A stretch of DNA of 64,000 nucleotides from Syntrophorhabdaceae bacterium (lineage in GTDB: Bacteria; Desulfobacterota; Syntrophorhabdia; Syntrophorhabdales; Syntrophorhabdaceae), in the NCBI GenBank assembly GCA_963666485.2, contig CAXXUO010000004.1, positions 237,195 to 301,194 of the forward strand, in the 5' to 3' direction. Numbering within the stretch: the stretch's first letter is position 1; each line of letters begins with the position of its first letter. Both the position numbers and the translations under genes were made by a program. The notes under the pieces were generated by a model, which was not told the origin of the DNA, made no database searches, and saw only the letters and a program-made list of their open reading frames with translations. Positions 57,884-64,000 of this stretch are shown here, piece by piece.

Positions 57884-57990
57884 TTCAAGGTTCAAAGTTC
57901 AAGGTTCAAAGCTAAACAAACTGCAACAAAACCCCTTTTTCAGGGGAGCTTTTGGTTTTTAGCTTTGAGCTTTGAGCTTTGAACTTTGAA
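57884..57990. repeat. Inverted heptamer arms (TTCAARG)4 ... (CTTTGAR)4
   Basis: Arms at 57884-57913 and 57961-57990. Confidence 0.88.
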
Positions 57991-58095
57991 CGTTCTTTTA
58001 GTTGGATTGAGGGGAGCTGCCGATACAGTCCCCCCAATTTTGGCAGACGCCGGCCGTATATACGGGGTACGACCGGTGATGAACTATTGTAATGC

Positions 58096-58122
58096 GCCCG
58101 GCCGGTCATACCCCGGCCGGGC
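58096..58122 (-). terminator. GC-rich hairpin downstream of acs
   Basis: GCCCGGCCGG-TCATACC-CCGGCCGGGC 12 nt past the acs stop; no clear U-tract. Confidence 0.45.
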
Positions 58123-58134
58123 CTGGTGCTTACG

Positions 58135-60108
58135 TTAAGCTAGTTTCTTTCTTTCATTTACGAGATCATCGACAACATGCGGTTCCGCGAGTGTGGATGT
58201 GTCGCCGAAGTCCTCGAACTTCTTTGCTGCAACCTGCCGCAGAACGCGGCGCATGATCTTGCCGGAACGTGTCTTGGGAAGGCCGTCGGCCCACTGGATC
58301 TGGTCTGGCGTTGCTATAGGACCGATCTCTTTCCGGACGGTTGCAATGAGGTCTTTCTTGAGTGCATCCGTCTTTTCGACGTTATTGTTCAGCGTGACAT
58401 AGGCAAAGATGCCCTGGCCCTTGATGTCGTGCGGGAAACCGACAACGGCTGCTTCCGCGACGTCGGGGTGCAGTGTAAGGGCGCTTTCCACCTCTGCGGT
58501 GCCGATCCTGTGGCCGGACACGTTGATGACATCGTCGATACGACCGGTGATCTTGTAGTCGCCGTCTTTATCGCGCTCCGCGCCGTCACCCGAGAAGTAT
58601 GTTCCCGGATACTGAACGAAGTAGTTTTCTTTGTAAAGGTCGGGATTTTTCCAGATGCCCCTGAACATTCCCGGCCAGCAGTTCTTGATACAGAGTGCGC
58701 CGCTTCCGACTCCCTGTATCTCTTTTCCGCTCTCAACGTCGAAGATTCCCGGGATGACCCCGAAGAAGGGCTTCATCGCCTTCGCGGGCTTGATATCGAC
58801 CGCGCCGGGGAGCGGGAGGATCAGGTGGCCGCCGTTCTCGGTCTGCCACCAGGTGTCGACGATCGTGCAGCGGCCTGCGCCGATCTTGTTGTAGAACCAC
58901 CACCACGCTTCGGGGTTCAGCGGTTCGCCGACCGAGCCGAGGACGCGCAGTGACGACAGGTCGTGCTTTTCGACATGCTCATCGCCTTCTTTCGCAACGG
59001 AGCGAATGACGGTCGGCGCGGTGTAGAAATTATTGACATTGTATTTTTCGATAACTGCCCAGAACCGGTCGAATGCCGGGTAGTTAGGAACGCCCTCGAA
59101 GAGGATGCTGGAGAAACCGTTGCAGAGCGGCCCATACACGACGTAGCTGTGGCCTGTTACCCAGCCGATGTCGGCCGTGCACCAGAAGACGTCTTCATCG
59201 CGAACGTCGAATGCGTACTGCTGCGTCATCGATGCATACAGAAGGTACCCGGCCTGGGTATGGACGGCGCCCTTCGGCTTTCCGGTCGAGCCTGATGTAT
59301 AGAGGATGAAGAGCGGGTCTTCGGCGTCCATCGGCTCCGGTTCGCAATACGGCGCTGCTTCTGCCATTAATTCTTCGTACCAGAGGTCGCGGCCCTCAAC
59401 CATGGGGACCTGGGTGCCGGTGCGTTTCACGACGATCATCTTCTTGACTGACGGGCACTGGGGGAGCGCCTTGTCTGCGCTTTCTTTCTGCGGGACCGCT
59501 TTTGCGCCGCGGTAGCTTCCGTCGCACGTGATAAGGAGCGAGCATTCGCAGTCATTGACGCGGTCTCTCAAGGCCTCTGCGGAGAACCCGCCGAACACGA
59601 TCGCATGGATCGCGCCGATGCGTGCACAGGCCAGCATGGTGATCGCGAGCTCGGGGATCATGGGCAGGTAGATGGCAACACGGTCGCCTTTCTTGACGCC
59701 CAGTTTCTTCAGGACGTTGGCGCACTTGTTGACTTCGCGGTACATGTCGAAATACGTATATATCTTCCAATCGTTCGGGTCATTGCCCTCGAATATGATG
59801 GCGGCCTTCGTTTTCTTCGTTTCCAGGTGACGGTCGAGGCAGTTGTAGGAGACATTCATCTTCCCGCCCTCGAACCATTTCACATGGAGGTTGTCAGCGG
59901 CAAAGGACCAGTCCGAGACCTTGCTCTTATCGAACATCTTGAACCAGCTCAGCCTCTGTTCCGCCAGTTTGGCCCAGAATGCGTTCGGGTCCTTGATCGA
60001 TTCGGCGTACATCTTGTCATACTCTTCCCTGCCCTTGACGTACGATTTTTCTCTGACCCTGTCAGGCACCTTGAATATCTTGTCGTAAAAATCGGTTTCG
60101 TTAGCCAT
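58135..60108 (-). CDS. acs: AMP-forming acetate-CoA ligase
   Basis: ILYTSGSTGKPKG, CTADIGWVTGHSY, DTWWQTE, GRIDDVINVSGHR and LPKTRSGKIMRR; SD AGGAG before ATG 60108. Confidence 0.97.
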   Translation of the reverse strand: MANETDFYDKIFKVPDRVREKSYVKGREEYDKMYAESIKDPNAFWAKLAEQRLSWFKMFDKSKVSDWSFAADNLHVKWFEGGKMNVSYNCLDRHLETKKTKAAIIFEGNDPNDWKIYTYFDMYREVNKCANVLKKLGVKKGDRVAIYLPMIPELAITMLACARIGAIHAIVFGGFSAEALRDRVNDCECSLLITCDGSYRGAKAVPQKESADKALPQCPSVKKMIVVKRTGTQVPMVEGRDLWYEELMAEAAPYCEPEPMDAEDPLFILYTSGSTGKPKGAVHTQAGYLLYASMTQQYAFDVRDEDVFWCTADIGWVTGHSYVVYGPLCNGFSSILFEGVPNYPAFDRFWAVIEKYNVNNFYTAPTVIRSVAKEGDEHVEKHDLSSLRVLGSVGEPLNPEAWWWFYNKIGAGRCTIVDTWWQTENGGHLILPLPGAVDIKPAKAMKPFFGVIPGIFDVESGKEIQGVGSGALCIKNCWPGMFRGIWKNPDLYKENYFVQYPGTYFSGDGAERDKDGDYKITGRIDDVINVSGHRIGTAEVESALTLHPDVAEAAVVGFPHDIKGQGIFAYVTLNNNVEKTDALKKDLIATVRKEIGPIATPDQIQWADGLPKTRSGKIMRRVLRQVAAKKFEDFGDTSTLAEPHVVDDLVNERKKLA

Positions 60109-60308
60109 TTTCTTTCTCCTTCTCCTTGAAGTTTTTACCGGCCGCGGCACGTACCATCCGCGTTTTCCATCCTGTTACCAATCCCACATCAGCAGAATAG
60201 AACAAAAACTATCAGCGTGGTATCGGCAGGCGGATGATTAAATTGTCGGTGTTTGACCTACAAAAAATCAGGAGGTCTCAGGAAAGGACCGATGAATACC
60301 GGATATGA

Positions 60309-61178
60309 TTACGGTTTTTGCACGGACCGTGATCCGGTAAGGAAATTCATGATGTCTTTTATCATATCATTGCCAATAATGAGAGGCCAGTCGTTGTGTC
60401 CGGCGTGCGGGATGACCCACATCCGTTTTTGCCCTGCATAAGAGTCAAACAGCGCCCTGGCATGTCCGACCGGGATGATATCGTCGAGCCCGGCACCAAC
60501 GATCGCCACTTTCTTACTGTACGTCCTGAGGTTCGCCACGCTGTCATAGCGGTCCTTCAGGGCGAGGCCGACGATAAAGGACGGGGCCCTTTCGCGGGCC
60601 ACGGATGCAAGCGTATCCCAGGGCGTAAAGAGGAGTATCCCCTCCACGGAGACCGATGTATGCCCGGCAAGCCACGTTACGACACCACATCCCAGCGATT
60701 CACCAATGAGGTAGATGGGTCCGCCGAATTCGTTGAACGCAAGATGCAGCGTCTCTCTGGCGGCATTGAGAAAAACCCTCTCGCCGGGTTTACCCGGCCG
60801 GCCGCCATAGCCCGGGTACTCGGCCAGGATGACGCGATACCCGAGCGGCCGGAACATCCCGGTATAAAAGTCACGATCGGCCGCACTGCCTGCATTGCCA
60901 TGAAAAACGATGATCGTCCCCTTCACATCACCGATCGCGACGGTGTCGATGAGGCCGTGGTAATTATCCCCGTAAGATCTCCAGAATGCCAGGTGGGCTG
61001 CATTGAGGGCCTTAGCTGAGGGCCGGGCCTTATCGGGAAAATAAAGGAAGTGGTCCTGAACGTTGCACCCGAAGACTATGAAGGAGAATAAGAATATAAT
61101 GCACAGACCGGAGGCCTTACTTCCCGGCCCGGGCTGAAACGATGCATGGGGGACTCTTGCTTTGGCTCGGCAAAGCAT
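60309..61178 (-). CDS. Alpha/beta hydrolase (possible lipoprotein; true start probably downstream of 61178)
   Basis: FHGNAG, EYPGYG, nucleophile GESLG and GHND; lipobox-like VFGC. Confidence 0.85.
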   Translation of the reverse strand: MLCRAKARVPHASFQPGPGSKASGLCIIFLFSFIVFGCNVQDHFLYFPDKARPSAKALNAAHLAFWRSYGDNYHGLIDTVAIGDVKGTIIVFHGNAGSAADRDFYTGMFRPLGYRVILAEYPGYGGRPGKPGERVFLNAARETLHLAFNEFGGPIYLIGESLGCGVVTWLAGHTSVSVEGILLFTPWDTLASVARERAPSFIVGLALKDRYDSVANLRTYSKKVAIVGAGLDDIIPVGHARALFDSYAGQKRMWVIPHAGHNDWPLIIGNDMIKDIMNFLTGSRSVQKP

Positions 61179-61218
61179 ACTAATCTATAGTATACACTGG
61201 TATTCAGAAGGAGGGCAC

Positions 61219-61776
61219 ATGAAACATATCAACCTCGTCCTGCTTGCATTATTGGTCGCACTCGCGCTGGCTCACCCGGGGCCCGCATTGGCCGACACGG
61301 AAATGCCTCCGACCGATTATACGAAAGAGACGGAGGACGGCAAATATGTTTTCGTTATGCTTGCTCCCGAAAGCCCGCACCGGGGCGCATCGAGAAATAC
61401 GGAGATACGTGCGCTCTACAAACATTCAGGATTGTATGTCAAGGACGGCCCTTACGATCCTTTATGGACAGTCTACTGGTATTCATTCGCCGTATATCCG
61501 GCCTCCGATGGAAAACATGTCGTCAGGATGGGGCCCTGGGCGCAGGCAACAAGCGACCTGGCCATTGCTTTTTACGAGAACGGCAAAGAACTGAAACAAT
61601 ACGCGATCTCGGACCTCGTTAAAGACACCGATAGGTTGCGCCGCACGGTCAGCCATTTCTTCTGGCGTACGGACCTCAGGTACGACGATAAGGAAGGAAC
61701 GGTGTTTCTGAAAACTGTCGACGGGATCTCCTATACATTTTCTGTAAAGACGGGCGAAATAGTAGACAAGAAATAA
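61219..61776 (+). CDS. Exported hypothetical protein
   Basis: SD AAGGAGG; signal peptide ending ALA-D; beta-rich composition. Confidence 0.8.
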   Translation: MKHINLVLLALLVALALAHPGPALADTEMPPTDYTKETEDGKYVFVMLAPESPHRGASRNTEIRALYKHSGLYVKDGPYDPLWTVYWYSFAVYPASDGKHVVRMGPWAQATSDLAIAFYENGKELKQYAISDLVKDTDRLRRTVSHFFWRTDLRYDDKEGTVFLKTVDGISYTFSVKTGEIVDKK

Positions 61777-61938
61777 TGACATAAACCTCCTGTTTTTTGC
61801 CCGAGGAAAGGTGTATACTATAAATATGACCGATCAACCTCGTATCGTTGCCGGATTGTTCGCGGGTTGGTCATTACGGGATAACATAATAATTACAGGC
61901 ATATCACAAGCGAGTTCTTACCAAAGGGAGTTTTGAGA

Positions 61939-62235
61939 ATGAGCGTCGCAGAATTCATCGAATTAAGAGAGAGCATCGAGGCTCTCGCCGGGCAGTTAGC
62001 CGTCTCCATTAAAGACAAAAATGTTGAGGTCTCAAAAAAACGTCTGGAAGAAGCAAGTCAAAAACTGGACCGATTGAAAACCATGGTTTCCACAGACGTT
62101 CAGGTCATCGTCTCTGAACGCCTCACACGCCAGTTATCGGGATTATCCGAAAAGCTCGAAACAATGGCAGCCAAAAAACCGGCCAGAAAAACCTCGGTAA
62201 GAAAGAAAGCAGTGAAAAAAGAAGCGAAAGAATAA
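61939..62235 (+). CDS. Small helical hypothetical protein with a Lys-rich tail
   Basis: SD GGGAG; coiled-coil-like body; AAKKPARKTSVRKKAVKKEAKE tail. Start is TTG 61933 or ATG 61939. Confidence 0.7.
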   Translation: MSVAEFIELRESIEALAGQLAVSIKDKNVEVSKKRLEEASQKLDRLKTMVSTDVQVIVSERLTRQLSGLSEKLETMAAKKPARKTSVRKKAVKKEAKE

Positions 62236-62245
62236 AAAGATTCCG

Positions 62246-62553
62246 GGTTCAAGGTTCAAGGTTCAAGGTTCAAGGTTCCGGGTTCAAGGTTCAAGGTTCA
62301 AGGTTCAAGGTTCAAGGTTCAAGGTTCAAGGTTCAAGGTTCAAGGTTCAAGGTTCAAGGTTCAAGGTTCAAGGTTCAAGGTTCAAGGTTCAAGGTTCAAG
62401 GTTCAAGGTTCAAGGTTCAAGGTTCAAGGTTCAAGGTTCAAGGTTCAAGGTTCAAGGTTCAAGGTTCAAGGTTCAAGGTTCAAGGTTCAAGGTTCAAGGT
62501 TCAAGGTTCAAGGTTCAAGGTTCAAGGTTCAAGGTTCAAGGTTCAAGGTTCAA
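62246..62553. repeat. (GGTTCAA)44 tandem array (one GGTTCCG variant unit)
   Basis: 308 bp = 44 x 7; variant at 62274-62280. Confidence 0.97.
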
Positions 62554-62642
62554 AGAAAAAACAAAGATATAATTGTTTTAAATGCAAGTAAAAACCGCAT
62601 GATTTTCGAATCATGCGGTTTTTTTTCAAAATCCGGTTTTTC

Positions 62643-62671
62643 CCTGGAACCTGGAACCTGGAACCTGGAAC
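62643..62671. repeat. (CCTGGAA)4 inverted partner arm of the long array
   Basis: Reverse complement is (TTCCAGG)4, one mismatch per unit to the GGTTCAA repeat. Confidence 0.8.
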
Positions 62672-62677
62672 GTTTTT

Positions 62678-63223
62678 CTAATGCTTGAACTCCCAGTTCA
62701 AGTTCTGGACTGCATCCACGACCATGCCCGTGCCCGTTGCCAGCAGGAGGACGTCCTGTGCGACGCGGACGTACTTGGTGTTCGGGGGCGGTGGGCCCAG
62801 CTGGACCACAAGGCTGGATGGCAGCGGGTACGCGACGACACCAGCCGGCAGGGGCTTGCCGACTGCCCATTTTTTGGCCTGGCCCGGAGGCATGCACCCG
62901 TTCTGTTTCTTGGCAAGCCCCGGAGGGCATCCCTTGCCATGTTTGTACTGGCCGGCGTAATAATTGTTTATGATCACCCGTTTATCATCCGTGAAGTACT
63001 TGTGGTGTTCGCCGTCCTTTCCCTTGTCTTTGTGTTTATCCTGGCCTTTTCCGTGAGAATCGTCATCCGGTTGGCCCTTTGGGTCCGACACCGCCGCATC
63101 GCCGGATTTGTTCTTGCCTCCTCCTGCCCATGGCGGTTTACCCGCGAAAGCAGAACCTGCGATCAGGCACACAACCAGTAATACGATCAGGGCGAGACTT
63201 TTTCTGAGATAAATTTTTTTCAT
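62678..63223 (-). CDS. RcnB-like exported protein (CPPGLAKK family)
   Basis: Signal peptide; His/Lys/Asp-rich linker; CPPGLAKKQNGCMPPGQAKKW..G.PLP; SD AAGGAGG. Confidence 0.8.
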   Translation of the reverse strand: MKKIYLRKSLALIVLLVVCLIAGSAFAGKPPWAGGGKNKSGDAAVSDPKGQPDDDSHGKGQDKHKDKGKDGEHHKYFTDDKRVIINNYYAGQYKHGKGCPPGLAKKQNGCMPPGQAKKWAVGKPLPAGVVAYPLPSSLVVQLGPPPPNTKYVRVAQDVLLLATGTGMVVDAVQNLNWEFKH

Positions 63224-63336
63224 CGCTGCCTCCTTTGATCAAAAGTCCGGGCCTTCGCGGCATCTGACCGCAAAAGACCTTTCCTACCCCTCCCATACAG
63301 GTAACAGAAAGCGGCGGCGCATGCAAACAAAAAAAC

Positions 63337-63490
63337 AGTTCAAAGTTCAATGTTCAAGGTTCAAGGTAAAAAAGAAGAAAAGAAAAAAGGCCGATGAATT
63401 CGGCCTTTGTATTTGAATAATTAATGCCCGGTTTATCGGGGCACTACCTTATGTTTTCTGCATTGAACCTTGAACATTGAACCTTGAACC
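63337..63490. repeat. Inverted heptamer arms (NGTTCAA)4 ... (TTGAACN)4 enclosing a terminator
   Basis: Arms at 63337-63364 and 63463-63490. Confidence 0.9.
63368..63408 (-). terminator. Intrinsic terminator downstream of the dodecin gene
   Basis: Minus strand AAAGGCCGA-ATTCA-TCGGCCTTT followed by TTTCTTTTCTTCTTTTTT. Confidence 0.7.
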
Positions 63491-63499
63491 GTTTTTTTA

Positions 63500-63715
63500 T
63501 CAGCTCTCCAATATAAAAATGACTTCGAGGGTCACGCGGAATTCAACAATTTTACCGTCTTCCACCCGGGCGCGTTGTTCTTTGACGCGAAGGCCGGTTA
63601 TACCGCGGAGCGTTTTCGAGGCGCGTCTGAAACCTATGATAATGGCATCTTCAAAGCTTTTCGGAGAACCTGCGATGACCTCCGTTATGCGTGCTACTCT
63701 GCCGTCAGACTTCAT
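63500..63715 (-). CDS. Dodecin family flavin-binding protein
   Basis: VARITEVIAGSPKSFEDAI..RASKTLRGI..V.EQ..GKIVEFRVTLEV.F; SD GGGAGG. Confidence 0.9.
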   Translation of the reverse strand: MKSDGRVARITEVIAGSPKSFEDAIIIGFRRASKTLRGITGLRVKEQRARVEDGKIVEFRVTLEVIFILES

Positions 63716-63825
63716 ATAACCCTCCCGATTGTTTTTATCAAGGTTATCAGGGTGATACCGTCAGTGTCAACTGCTTTTTCCTTCGAAGGAATCGTGAAAC
63801 GTGAATAGCGATTTACGGTCCCTCG

Positions 63826-64000
63826 TTATCTTTTGTAAAGGCCCATCGTTTGCGCTTCACCGAGTATATGCCCTTTCATGGCCTTTTCGATGTCTTTCTT
63901 GACTGCGCCGGGCTTGAGGTCCAGTTTCGCATCGAGGGCATAGAGCTTGAAAAAATACCTGTGCGTACCTGACGGCGGGCAAGGCCCTCCGTACGTCGTC
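63826..64000 (-). CDS. YbhB/YbcL (PEBP/RKIP-like) protein, 3' part (truncated by window edge)
   Basis: Manual minus-strand translation: [44 protein letters not shown]. Confidence 0.92.
   Translation of the reverse strand, partial: TTYGGPCPPSGTHRYFFKLYALDAKLDLKPGAVKKDIEKAMKGHILGEAQTMGLYKR

Noticed and set aside
61826..61875. Hairpin ATGACC..AACC/GGTTGGTCAT in the leader of the small basic protein gene
   Set aside because: Short and interrupted, with no recognisable RNA family; not supportable from sequence alone.
1..64000. Transposase, integrase, prophage, rRNA or frameshifted pseudogene
   Set aside because: No DDE, HUH or tyrosine/serine recombinase motifs, phage genes, rRNA signatures or split ORFs were seen.

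Overview
Chromosomal window of about 55-60% GC (estimated by eye), probably from an anaerobic Desulfobacterota (Deltaproteobacteria) bacterium; gene content suggests Syntrophorhabdus-like, which is inference. It contains about 55 CDS. (1) A minus-strand Wood-Ljungdahl operon: acsV/RACo-cooC-folD-71aa ORF-acsD-cooS-acsB-acsC-acsE, with no metF or fhs, divergent from an IclR regulator; the intergenic region holds three copies of a TGTTCA-N6-TGAACA-like palindrome. (2) A beta-alpha-GNAT fusion (ADP-forming acyl-CoA synthetase plus acetyltransferase) convergent with acs. (3) A housekeeping block: addAB, tatD, serS, proC, pcm, rpoS-like sigma factor, murJ. (4) A yybP-ykoY Mn2+ riboswitch with terminator ahead of a TMEM165/GDT1 exporter. 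(5) Assorted metabolic, signalling and envelope genes. No rRNA, tRNA, CRISPR, transposase or integrase was seen. The most striking unexplained structure is non-coding. Twelve intergenic regions carry heptamer tandem arrays of three sequence families with fixed polarity. Eight of these are inverted arm pairs bracketing variable cargo; in two pairs a variant unit is mirrored in the partner arm, and one arm is expanded to 44 units. There are also CGTC-type REP palindromes and a roughly 350-bp highly structured element bounded by inverted repeats.
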